DNA of 64,000 nucleotides, from assembly GCA_051362555.1 (NCBI GenBank), contig CM120645.1, forward strand, positions 10,540,001 through 10,604,000, written 5' to 3'. The DNA is from Lingula anatina. Taxonomy: Eukaryota > Animalia > Brachiopoda. Positions 50,601-62,600 of this stretch are shown here, one piece after another. How positions within the stretch are numbered: position 1 is the first letter of the stretch; every line of letters starts with the position of its first letter. The notes beneath the pieces were generated by a model, which did no database searches, was not told where the DNA came from, and saw nothing but the letters and a program-made list of their open reading frames with translations. The translations under genes were made by a program, and so were the position numbers.

Positions 50601-52911
50601 TTGACAAACATGTCGTTGTGCAGGTCCTTCTTGCAATCCAAAACAGTATCATTATTTATAAAGGTCGCCCAAGTCACGTCCTCGTCTTGAAATATATCAT
50701 TAAACCAAATGTATATGACGGCAAACCAGACCAGCATGGCATAGATCACGGTAATTGTGTCCGTTACAAGCAACAAGATCCACAAGCTTGAGACGCTGTT
50801 GCTGATCATCGTTGATATGACCGGCGATGCCATGAAAGAATACAGAGCTGGATCCTTCAGCACGTTCTTATCGAATGCTGCTATGGCCTTTCTCGGTGCT
50901 ATCATGTAGCGGCTCCAAGATTCGTTGGAATTTGTCACGTGGTACTCTGTGAGGTCGTACCACGTGATTAAGTCAAAACCACGTGTAACTTGTGGAAATC
51001 TGTAAATCCCCTCTGTATCTAGTATGATCAAAGCCATTGTTAGCGAAGGTAGAATGGTAGCCAATTCCAGTGGACGAAGTCCAGTTTCGTCCACTTGGTG
51101 GAGAAGGACCTTCATGGTGTTGCGTGACAACGTGTCGTTTAGGTAGCCATACATACGTCTGTGCACGGCATCTTGACCAGGCCATTTATGGTTTGCCCAG
51201 ACCAGTGCGTGTATAATGTTGGATCCTTTGTCATCAACAGTAAGAATATTGACGTCGTATTTCAGCAGCACGCCAAAGCAGTGAACGGCTCCGTAAACAA
51301 CCGTCAGAGATATGGGGGCAGAGAAAGCGGGAGTTTCAAGCCGATGGAGAGCAGGCTGCTTGAAACTGGCTTTTCTTTGATTTTCATACACGAACGGAGT
51401 GTTCACTAGGCGTTTGATGTCCAGAGGAGACAGTTTTCCCAAGCACGCTTCTAGTTCTGCAGCGTTGTCTGTGATCAATATGTCGTACAGGTACCATACA
51501 GTCTCCAATGCTGGGTACCCAGGTTTTGATGTAACATTAACCTTTTTAACGATACTACTTTTTAACTGACTTTTTGCGGGTCTAATGGAGATATGCTCTT
51601 CAAGACCGAGTTCTGGTTTTTCCGCATCAAGTGAATAAGAATCGAGACTGCAGATCTCAGTTGCATCATCCAGGCTCATAATGTTGTTTGGCGAACCGAT
51701 GGCAGTGGCATTTGAATGTTGTCTGTGTTGCTAAATCCAGTTCTTTATGTTCGTATTCATGGATAAATTATTGGAATGACTTATTTTGCTCTTGCTTAAA
51801 GTATATTCCCACGACTCATGGGTTCCTTTTTATGTTTTATAATCCTGGAAAAATAAAGGACATTTGACTTGTAAGGGAAGCTGCAGCGCGAATAGTAAAT
51901 ATTTTTCATCTTGTAAACGATTTATATTTTGACACTTACACCATGCGTCATTGTCACATATCTTTTTCAAAGAACAGCGTCAAGTACGTAGTTTGTTAAT
52001 ATTTGACATGCTTAACGATCGATACCTAACATGACGTTTACGTAGTCGAGTGACAACGTGACCGCAAAAAAATATCGGAAAGCTCCTACAAATTTAAGCG
52101 ACTTTCTGGTGGATTGTATTTACACACCAATTTATTGAGATTATACAGAATTGCCAAACAAAAGGATCATTGTACGGTTTAATTGTGCCATTAATCAATC
52201 TGAAAGGAAGCTGGCTTAACCAAATACCATCGACAAATTAAAGTCACGTTACAAGCATACACTGTTACGTGATAATTTAAGAAAACCTTTTACTTTTGCA
52301 TTTTCAAATATTTTTTATTCTGTGATATTAAAGCATTCACTGATTTACAAAGTTGTGTATGGTCACCGTTATCGAACTTCTTATATAGTTAATATGCAAA
52401 TAAATTACATTCTGAATGACCCATTTGTGCACGTGTGAAAGTGATTCCACATTGTGGTTGGTGCCTCATCCTCGTTATCGGTATTCACCTTCCGTTTTGC
52501 TTCAGATCACTACAAAGCCATCATGTAAGACATTACTTACGAGGCCGCAGAAGTCACAGTGGGCAGAAGAAACATCCTTCTTGGATTTCACTCGAAATAC
52601 GCTGGCTGGGGGAGTCGAAAGCAATACGAAAAGAACGTCGAACATAGGACGGCGGGAAGAATGGTGGAGACAAATGACGACATCGACCTAAATTTTCAAA
52701 GCCCAGAGATGAGCAAGACGAGTCACAAGAAGGCAAAGGTTTAAAATGCTTGTTTAGAAGTATGCAGACCTCACTTGCGATGATTGGTACGACTACATCA
52801 CCGATTCATTCTACTCTGTAAAAAACGCTGTAAAAAACGAGGATGAAGACTGCAGGTAGCCCGGGGCAGCGGGGCCGGTGACGGGTTAAAATAATCGGCG
52901 GGTGGCTGGCA

Positions 52912-52942
<31 letters not shown>

Positions 52943-53024
52943 CTGGCGGTCAAGACCAGGACAGGACAACCCAGTATAAGACAAGGCAGGCTGGAGGCGC
53001 CGCCTTTTGCTGTTGATAAATCGG
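47075..53024 (+). pseudogene. Disabled duplicate of the plus-strand host gene
   Basis: Exon 1 (47075-47170) intact. Exon 2 (47841-48010) has a 1-bp deletion giving TGA at 48003. Exon 3 acceptor AG>GG and mostly deleted. Exon 4 (48597-48743) frameshifted with donor GT>CT. Exons 5-10 absent. Last exon (52506-53024) has CAA>TAA at 52526, deletions and a lost donor. Confidence 0.88.
49736..51679 (-). CDS. TRPV-like (TRPV5/6-related) cation channel, copy A, 647 aa, single coding exon
   Basis: Ankyrin repeats (PISLTVVYGAVHCFGVLLKYDVN, KGSNIIHAL, GLRPLELA), YDLTEY linker motif, six TM segments, S4-S5 LQLFPKLGHYV, pore DFKD..SIYTLSKMILN, S6 LNFMIAVFSETV. Confidence 0.9.
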   Translation of the reverse strand: MSLDDATEICSLDSYSLDAEKPELGLEEHISIRPAKSQLKSSIVKKVNVTSKPGYPALETVWYLYDILITDNAAELEACLGKLSPLDIKRLVNTPFVYENQRKASFKQPALHRLETPAFSAPISLTVVYGAVHCFGVLLKYDVNILTVDDKGSNIIHALVWANHKWPGQDAVHRRMYGYLNDTLSRNTMKVLLHQVDETGLRPLELATILPSLTMALIILDTEGIYRFPQVTRGFDLITWYDLTEYHVTNSNESWSRYMIAPRKAIAAFDKNVLKDPALYSFMASPVISTMISNSVSSLWILLLVTDTITVIYAMLVWFAVIYIWFNDIFQDEDVTWATFINNDTVLDCKKDLHNDMFVKMQWQIGQISIYICLTFSCINILYVIGTILLTICKTRVLNHKQYAMYFFALCNRQNTIVSVRFFRVVNFFRDVFIVLSFLLSIQNDKSDDVKAFILMFLATAGAMNMMDIHYVLQLFPKLGHYVQLGRHLLFDFLYVGLLGSVCMFWFMPGFYSFFRSECSADFKDGSSSIYTLSKMILNMVHVTKGVKPPFVLVVMYMHIGYVAFVAIIALNFMIAVFSETVSRLYESKDVIMSLQKLLVMNGIESMTRPMLVMLKWKKGMIEKDGRLFLPVHHEPCLLQKRRALNT

Positions 53025-53235
53025 GAACGTTTCCATCATTATTTGGTAAATCCTGACACTTGAATTTTTGTGAATTTGCATGCAAAATGTAAACAAATTA
53101 AGAAAATGCGTATCTGTGACAACATGATGTGTGTTTTTGCATTTTTCTATTTTTATCGATTAGATCTAGTAAAGTCTTCCTGAATAATAAACTCAGTATT
53201 GACAAACTTTCACCAAACAAAGTGCAACTAGTCTA

Positions 53236-53320
53236 TGACGTCACTTCTCGTTTTACGCTTCGTCATTGAGACGTTTAGTCTCCGTTACGTCATAGAAGCG
53301 TGGCGGGCGTTTGTAGCAAC
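53236..53320 (+). promoter_or_regulatory. Proximal promoter of host gene: CRE (TGACGTCA at 53236), second CRE-like TTACGTCA, RFX-type half site TAGCAAC
   Basis: Motifs lie 60-145 bp upstream of ATG 53381 and are largely retained in the duplicate at about 46922-47012. Confidence 0.5.
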
Positions 53321-53380
53321 TGTCTTTGTTTGTCGAGATGACAACTAATTTGAGACATATATTACTCTGTTCCACCCAAA

Positions 53381-56300
53381 ATGCCTGTATTTTTGCCGAA
53401 AATTAATGCACAGAATGAAGAAACGCTGGATTCGCATCATCCGCAGGGAGCAAGCCGTCAAAGGCGTAAACCAAAGGTGACTTAGCTAGAGCATTTAATA
53501 ATGCATTCTATTTTTGTATAATAGTAGGTAGACCGGTCACGATATCCAGTTTGGGTTTATTGAATTCTTGTATAACTCGGTATATAAACTTTAGACACAA
53601 AATGCCTGATTTGGAATGATAGCTTCCCGATAAATCATGTGATTACTTTCAACACGATTAAAGGTAGGACCATGACCTGCTTTTTTATCGTTCACGATCA
53701 TTAAAATAGGGTCATTTTTAATGTATATGCTTGTGCTTATTTATACAGTATGGATATATAAACAACTAAGAAAAGATGTCCGTGTTTTGAACAAAAATAC
53801 CAGAGACGATAAACAAAATTCCATATGATCTACCACATTATATGCGCAAGACAGAACTAGGCTTTGGATGTCAAAATAATGTTTACTTTTCCATTTGAAA
53901 TCAAAATGCTCTTTGACAGTTGACTGTATAGTAGGCGCATTTATATATGTGTGTGTGCGTGCGTGAGTGTGTGTTTGGAAGGGGAGGGGGTCACCACTAA
54001 CAAGGTGATGAGGGAGAATTCACCTTTTTTTCTTGAACCTATAACTGATTTGGTTGAAATATGTCAGGGACCTCCCCCACCTCCTTCCCTTCTATGTCTG
54101 TGTATTGTAGTGACTATGAGGTAATTTTTCCCAGGGTTTGGCCTCGCATAGAAAACCCCATCATGGCGAACCTTCCGCGCCCCAGTTACCTGAACTGGGG
54201 ATTATCACAGGGGCATCCGTAAGCAAAAAGCCCCAAGATGACAAAACCACTCATCTGGAGGAAAAGCCGAGAGAGGAAAAAAAGCACACCGATTTGGCCA
54301 AAGTAAGTGATAACTTCCGCAGAGGCTAACGTGTTTTCTGACAACGAAATAACGTATCGACTTTATGTACCAAAGATAAAAACACTTTAAGTATCTTTAA
54401 TAAAGATTTACCCCTTTGTCATCATTGCAAAAACTTAAGTAAAATGTGCTATTTATTGTGCTCCTTAAATGTTACAATAAGAATTTAATTGATAGCGACG
54501 CCAGTATAGTCATTATCAAATGGGAATAAAAGGAACAAAACGATTTGTTTCACTTCACTGTGTTCTAGACATTTGGCCCCCATCTTTTCCCCAACCTGTG
54601 GTTCCGACCAACAAGAATTAAGCTGAAGCATGTGCAACTCGAAATTGAAGGGCACGATATGCAGACGCCGACACCGAAACCTCTGTCCATACCACGGAAA
54701 GCTGCTGTGAGTAGAAGAACTAGTAGGCAAAGCATTTCATAAAGTCCGCGACAATAGGGTCCTCGGGGTGGGCTATAGCTTTAATTTTACTCACCTAAAC
54801 ATGTATGCAAACATTTTCGTTTCAAAGTTTGTTTGTGTTAGTAAGTGGTGTAGATAGTTTATCACTTTGGTTGAGCTTTCCGTTAATTCAATTACGTATT
54901 CAGCCATTCACAAATATATCCATTTTTTTCATCTAGATAGAGTTCCTATGTACATACTTCAAGTAAAAATATATTTTATTTTATTTCTTCCTCAGCTATC
55001 GAAGCAGCCTTCCCTTCCTCCGATGCTGGAAGAAGAGGAGGCTTTGGAGGACGTGTCTCTCATTCAAGAGGACCACGAGATGCTGCTGCAGGGACTGAAA
55101 ACAGTGCTGGATTGTCACTCACTGGGGATTCCTATCCAGGTAACACCAAATACACTCTCCACTGCGGTAGACACCCGAAGATGAAAATGCTGCAGAGGTT
55201 TTCCCCTTGATCATAGCAGTAATATGCTGCATGCACGTACAAAAATCAGACAAACCTGGATACGACTTTTTAATTAGACTATAAAAATAACAAATTGAGA
55301 GTGGAAAGGATGATTCTTCTCAGGAACATTTACCTTTTCAAGCACATGCTTTATTCAGGGACGATATGACAGAACTAAAAACTGGGAGTGGAAAAGAGAT
55401 AAAAGGCAGGGTTCCATTCATCATTCATTTTATTGTTTGTTTTACTTTATTTTATTTTTGATGATTTCATTTTACAACACACACAAGCACACACGCACAC
55501 ACACACACACACATATATATATATCCCTCTTATTAAGATGAAACAAGAAAATAAATGGAAAAAAATGAAAAAATAAGATTAAGAGGAAAAACAATCAACG
55601 GTAAACTGTTCTTGTTGAGATAAGTCACAGCAAGCAATCGGCTGCGTTAATCTGAATCTCGATGTTTATCTTTGTTCTACCAGATCAGGAAGAGGGACTT
55701 CGTCCCCGGCCGTGTGGCCAGGCCGGTCTTCCACTGTGAACGGTGTATGGAGCACTGGCTGAGACAGGGGAACCTGCCCCAGGACTGTACGCGGAAAGCC
55801 TCGCACGTTGCTGGGCCAGAGTTTATCTTAACAAACCGCACGACACGCTTGATTCGGGTAAGTTCGCCTCTTAATGTTGTTCCTCTAGTCAGCAAATGTC
55901 CCTTACTTTGTCCTAAAATGTGACATATTATGATTACGTTGCCGTATCTTTTTCAGGTTAGTTCATCGCCCGGTGTATTGACTATTGTAATGGCTAGAGC
56001 CTATTTATCGGCGACAAATTTCCATAACGAAACACATGTATGGCGAGTTAACATACAGGCTGACTTTATGTCGTAATTATACACTTACAAGGCTATATTC
56101 ATCCTTACTTCTAGAGTTTACACTTAAGACGAGAGCAAGTGCACGCAGCGAAGGTGACTGTCTCTCAGACCAGTGAACTGCTTCAGAATGCGACGGACGC
56201 AGACAAGATACTCAGATATCAAAGGAAACAAAAACGTCCCCAGCACCCCGTCGGCCTTTACCAAGAGTACAGTGGTAGGTACAGTCCCATAACACCTCTG

Positions 56301-56592
56301 GTACAATGTTTTAATAAAAAAAACATCAGAAGTACTAGCAGCACCAAAACACGCAACAACAATAGGGTTCTCATACTTCGAAGCATTCGAAGCAGGAATT
56401 ACAAACCACGTCATTACGGACGCTTTGACCTCGCTATTACAGCTTACGAAAATGTGAGGAATAATTGTCAAAAATATCATGCTTTTAGTGAGTCCATGTG
56501 CATCAAACACTCTTATTTGTTTAGTTAGCAATGCAGGAATGCAAATTATGCAGACTGTTTGCACTTCGTCGTTTGCAAAACATGAATAAATC

Positions 56593-56626
<34 letters not shown>

Positions 56627-59600
56627 GTAATTCGCCATTATACAATTCAAAGAAAAAGTATGGTACAATAGTTTACAAATATTTGCAATGGCATAAATTT
56701 AAGATCCTTAATTACCTTGTAGGCCTATCTAATATCAATTATTGACACAGCCTAGTGCATTCTACATGTATGTGCATTCTTAAAAGTTGTTCACATTTTA
56801 CTAATTTACATGCCTGTTTCGTAAACCGTTATGTTCAATTTTAATGTGCACAGAAAAGCAAAATAAAATCCCGCAGACAGTTTGCCTAAGATGGCTAAAT
56901 ATATACATTACACGGTGTATTTTAAAGGAAGTGGACACAGACTTCACAGACGAAGTCAGGGAAGCTTTGAAAAACATCGACTCAGCAGTCGGTATGCATT
57001 GGAAGACGATTCGGACATTGGGTTGAATCTGGCGGACGAAATCTCTTGGATGGAATCATTGGAACGCATCGAAAAACAGCCACCAGGGGTGGGCGAAAAA
57101 GACGATTTCGGAAAAAAGGGTCCACCTGGCAGGGGCAGAAAGTTTGACAAGCGGCCGGTCACTGGTACAGAGCCAAGCAGTCGGTCAAGAAATGTCGCCG
57201 TTAACATTCCGCAAATGGTGCCCGATGAGAGTGATCTGGAAACAGGTGGGTGGAATTAAAGTGAGGTATTGTTGGTTTTGTTACACGTTGCGTTGCCTCA
57301 TTACTGTGTCTAAATGAACGCAGTTACTAGCCCAACTAACTATCACGGATTCGGGTTCTGAATGACATAGTGCAAATGATTCACAGTGATAATTTGAATA
57401 TATTTTGTCGTGATTTCGAATTTGGGCTAAATTTATTTTATGAACATCATGTGGTTGCAATGCAAAGCAATTGTAATACATGTACGTCTTATCCCCTGTT
57501 CAGTAAGGACTTATGAATCTGAAGTAACAGTATCCGTTGTTAGAAATGGTACATGTAGAAATCTTTTTTATTTAATTACCTGCAGGTCAAGTAACAGAAA
57601 AGATAAGGCCTGCCCGACCGGACAGCCAACGTCAACGCCATTCCAGAAAAGGAAGAATTGTAGATCAACAGTTAGCTGCGTATGGCGATGATGGCGAAGA
57701 TGATGATGTTGATGCCAATGTTGATTTTGCCATGGCAACTGACAGGTCCTGGATGGAAGATATGGCCATTAAGGCGCAGGCAGAGGTGGATTATGACCAG
57801 TGGAAGAAGACGGAGAGTCCCGTGCGGGAGGTCAGCGGGACGGGGGTTGACGAGGTGGGGAGGACGCGGGAATCGAGACCCTTGACTGAGTCCGAGGAGA
57901 TGCTGTACCCTGGTAAACGCGAGGGTAAGTGGCCGTCTTGGTTTACAAATGTGATTACAAACATATGATAACTCCAAGGTTTTTTATTCAAGTTAGAACA
58001 ACTAATGGAAAGTCTCTTAATTGAATGTGGTCAATGGTTGGGTGGTGGGGGTGTCGTGGTTCCACTAGACATCCGGCCATTTTATATTCAGGAAGGTAAA
58101 TATTAATAATCATCAAATTGTTTTGTATAATTAGTTCTAAGACATAAATTTCAAACACGCAGGTGGTTTGGATATCGCGCCCTGTGATAAGCGAGATGGC
58201 CGTTGCCAGTGCGAAAGCCAGTATAATTTGAAATTTCATTTATGCACAGATTCATTCTTATTTTTACATTTAACATTATTATTATTATTATTATTATTTC
58301 TAATATTTTGTTTAGGACCATAGGTAATAGGCAAAGAAATAATTGTCAATTCCTCCATTCGTCATGTTCTAACTACTGTGTTTTAACATGTATTTAAAAA
58401 TACATTGAATCCTATACCAATGTCCCTTCTTAGTTCCGACCACGGGCGACACCAGGTACAGAACACACCCCAAGACGTATGACGAGGCCATAACAGGGGC
58501 TACAACATGTGCGTTCGAAGATCGAGACGTCCGACTAGTGCCTCCCAACACCCCTGCCACGTCCGCCGGCAAGGGGGCGTACCGAGATGGAAAGGACGAA
58601 AGACCACAGGCAACCGAGCAACCAAGGGACGCTGGGACTAGTATAACAGTTATGTGTGAGTGACATCTGTTTATGGTTTTGTCAACTGAAAAAAAATTTT
58701 TTTTTCTCACAAGTATAGTTTTGAAGAGTCTTGTGATGTTTTCAAGCACAATGTACATGCGAGGTACGTGTGTAAGCTCATTTGCGTTATTCATAACAGA
58801 CAATCTTTGAAAGGATGCCAGTTTCTCTTTTATTGCACGAGACGTCTCAACACAAATATAAAATGTATTCTGCTTACAGAATCAAAAGTAGCTTGAAAGC
58901 ACAAAAGAGAGAAAGGCTTTGAGACAACATGAATTATAATATTGATAACAAGTGGCTACTAAAGTACAAAAACATATAAAATCCCAGATACAACAAGTTT
59001 CTGTGGTACAGTGCCGCCGGAAAGTAACCTTACCAAAAGGCCGCATGGACTCCCAACCCTGCCCCGAATGGTCGAAGAATAGAGGCCGCATGATAATTAC
59101 AGGGTAGGAGAATCGGCAAGTAATCCTTATCGGACACCCAAATCAGTCGGTTTAACGAACACGCTCTGCTCCTTAATTGCCTCACTTGAGTTTTCTATTA
59201 TAGCTGATGCATAGAGATTGCTATCGACACGAGCAAACAATACCGTGTTATGTTGTATCAACTGAAACAGAAGCGTCACACCAGAAAACCGGTGATTTAT
59301 TTTACAGTCCTCCTTTCATCTTATTATACTCTTTGGCGTGTGGAATATGTCATATCATCGAGTTGTTTTAGCGAGGTTTAACTATTAGGTGGTGTTGTTT
59401 TCATTGATATGGTATTTGGACATAAGACAATTGTAGTCCGTCTACATGTTCAATGCTCTCCTTTTCTGTAGCAAACAAGGTTCGTGGTGCACTGGTAAAA
59501 ATAGCCGCCCGTCTTTCTCAATCATGCCTTTTTTCCATTTCAACATTACTAACATCGGTTTGGCTATAGATTCAATGTCGTTCATAACTAACAGTTTCTG

Positions 59601-62600
59601 CAGGGACTTTAAGACGTCCTTGCTTTCGTACAACCGGGACACAGTTTCCGAAAACACAGCGATCATAAAGTTGACGGCTATGATCGCCACTAAGGCTACA
59701 AAGCCGATATGCATGTACATCACAACGAGTACAAAGGGCGGTTTCACGTCCTCCGTGACATGCACCATGTTCAATATCATTTTGGATAGCGTGTAGATAC
59801 TGGACAATACGTCTTTGAAATCTGCACTGCATTCACTTCGAAAGAAAGAATAAAACCCAGGCAGGAAACAAAACATGCACACCGCTGTAAGAAAGCCTAC
59901 ATAGAGGAAGTCGAAAAGAAGATGTCGGCCAAGTTGAACGTAGTCTCCTAGTTTAGGAAACAGTTGGAGTATATAAATTACGTGCATCATATTCATAGCG
60001 CCGGCTGTTGCTAAAAGCCCAAGGATAGATGCCTTTACATCGTCCGACCTGTCATTTTGTATTGACAGAAGAAATGATAAAACAATAAAAATATCCCTGA
60101 AGAAATATACGACTGTGAAAAAACGAGCGCTCACGATGGTGTTTTGCCTGTTGGAAAGTGCGAAGAAATAAATTGCGTACTGTTTGTGATTTAAAACTCT
60201 CGTTTTGAAGACAGTTAGTAAAATTGTGCCGATGTTATACACAATGTTAAAACAAGAAAAAGTTAGACAAATGTAGACGCTTATTTGTCCTATCTGCCAT
60301 TGCGTTTTGACAAAAATGTCGTTATGCAGGTCCTTCTTGCAATCCAAAACAGTATCATTATTTATAAAGGTCGCCCAAGTCCCGTCCTCGTCTTGAAATA
60401 TATCATTAAACCAAATGTATATGAGGGCAAACCAGACCAGCATGGCATAGATCACGGTAATTGCATCCGTGACAAGCAACAAGATCCACAAGCTTGAAAC
60501 GCTGTTGCTGATCAGCGTCGATATGACCGGCGATGCCATGAAAGAATGCAGCGCCGGATCCTTCAGCACGTTCTTATCGAATGCTGCTATGGCCTTTCTT
60601 GGCGCTATCATGTAGCGGCTCCAAGATTCTTTGGAATTTGTCACGTGGTACTCTGTGAGGTCGTACCACGTGATTAAGTCAAACCCGCGTGTAACTTGTG
60701 GGAATCTGTAAATCCCCTCTGTATCGAGTATGGTCAAAGCCATTGTTAGCGAAGGTAGAATTGTAGCCAATTCCAGTGGACGAAGTCCAGTTTCGTCCAC
60801 TTGATGAAGAAGGACTTTCATACTGTCGCGAGACAACGTGTCATTTAGGTAGCCATACATACGTCTGTGCACGTCATCTTGACCAGGCCATTTATGGTTT
60901 GCCCAGACCAGTGCGTGTATAATGTTGGATCCTTTGTCATCAACAGTAAGAATATTGACGTCGTATTTCAGCAGCACGCCAAAGCAGTGAACGGCTCCGT
61001 AAACAACCGTCAGAGATATGGGGGCGGAGAAAGCGGGAGTTTCAAGCCGATGGAGAGCAGGCTGCTTGAAGCTGGTATTTCTGTTAATGTCATATACGAA
61101 CGGTGTGTTCACTAGGCGTTTGATGTCCGGTGCCGGCAGATTACCCAACCACGCTTCTAGTTCTGCAGCGTTGTCCGTGATCAATATGTCGTACAGGTCC
61201 CATCTGGTCTCCAGTGCTGGGTGCCCAGGTTTTGTTATAACATTCACCTCTTGTGTATTACTGCTCGTACACTGATTTCTTGCGGATCTAATGAAAATAT
61301 GATCTTGGACACCGACATCAGGATTTCCATGGCCAGGATCTAATGAATACGAACTGAGACTTAAGATGTCAGTGTCATCATTCAGATTCATAATGTTATA
61401 ACGACTTGAGGTAACAATAAATTTCAGAAGCAGTTGGAATGTTATGCCGTTTTATCCTGATCTGCACATTGAATCAAACGACCAATGGCAGTGGCATCTG
61501 AATGCTGTCTATGTCGCTCATTCCATGTCCACTTTATGCTCAATTACAGTTGTGAAAACATTGTTGAGTGATTGATCGTGGTCTTGTTTAAGTATATTCC
61601 CGTGGTTCTTGGATACCTTTTTGTGTTTTATAAGCCTGCCAAAATAAAGGGTTATTTGATTTGCAAAGGAAGCTGCGGCGCTGGTAGTAAATATTTCTCA
61701 TCTGGTAAACGATCGATGGTTTGAAAAGGACACTTATAGCTTACGTCAATGTCATTATTTGAAACAGTGGATATGAAAAATAATGACATTGACAAACCCT
61801 AAAAAAGTGAAACACACTTCCACCCTCTGTGAATGAAACAGCTAAACATGTGACAGCTTACCGATATTTTTTGCGGTAACACCATTTCCACACATACGTC
61901 ATGCTTGGTCTCAAACACCAATATATTTGGTGTCATTCATAGAGGGTGGAAGTGTGTTTCGCTTCCGATGGATTGTATTTACATTTAGACCTGTTCAGTT
62001 TGTACGGAATTTCCAAACAAAAGGACCATTGTTCGGTTTTTCCATTTGCCATTAATCAAATTGAAAGGAAACTGGTTTCACCGGGTACCATATACCAATC
62101 GAATATTCACAGTCAGGCTACCTATACATACACTGTGAAGCGATAATTTAAGATTTTTTTTTAGTCTTCCCGAATACCTTTGACACTGTGATATTAAAGC
62201 ATTCAGTGGTTAACAAAGCGACGTATAGTCACAAGCGCCTTGAACGAACTTCTAATATAGTTCATATGCCCATAAACAACGGATACGTCTCTTACGTACG
62301 ACCATCAGGGCCTATTAAGGCGTTGCACAAGATCAATGTACTGAGTTGATATCGTGTTTTAAGTTTTTAGAGTAAACTGTCTAATTTTATGGTTATTAAT
62401 GAAATATGACAATACTTGCACAAATATACTAGGGTTAAGTCGCTTTTGCATGTTTTTTTTTAATTGCAATGCTTTCAACTTCATATGCTTTTACGCAGAC
62501 GATGCCGAGGATGACTCGGATGAAGACTATGACGACCCGGATGCAGACGTGTTTGTATGGAGGGCGATGGGGTCCAGCTCGGACATGCAGCACATGCAAG

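Noticed and set aside
56124-56645. 173-aa minus-strand ORF with a poly-Leu signal-peptide-like start
   Set aside because: The poly-Leu comes from an (AAT)n microsatellite and the rest is antisense to host exon 6.
58316-58323. Possible 8-nt micro-exon (AG|GACCATAG|GT) in host intron 8
   Set aside because: It would introduce a stop, and exons 8 and 9 already join in frame; no support without transcripts.
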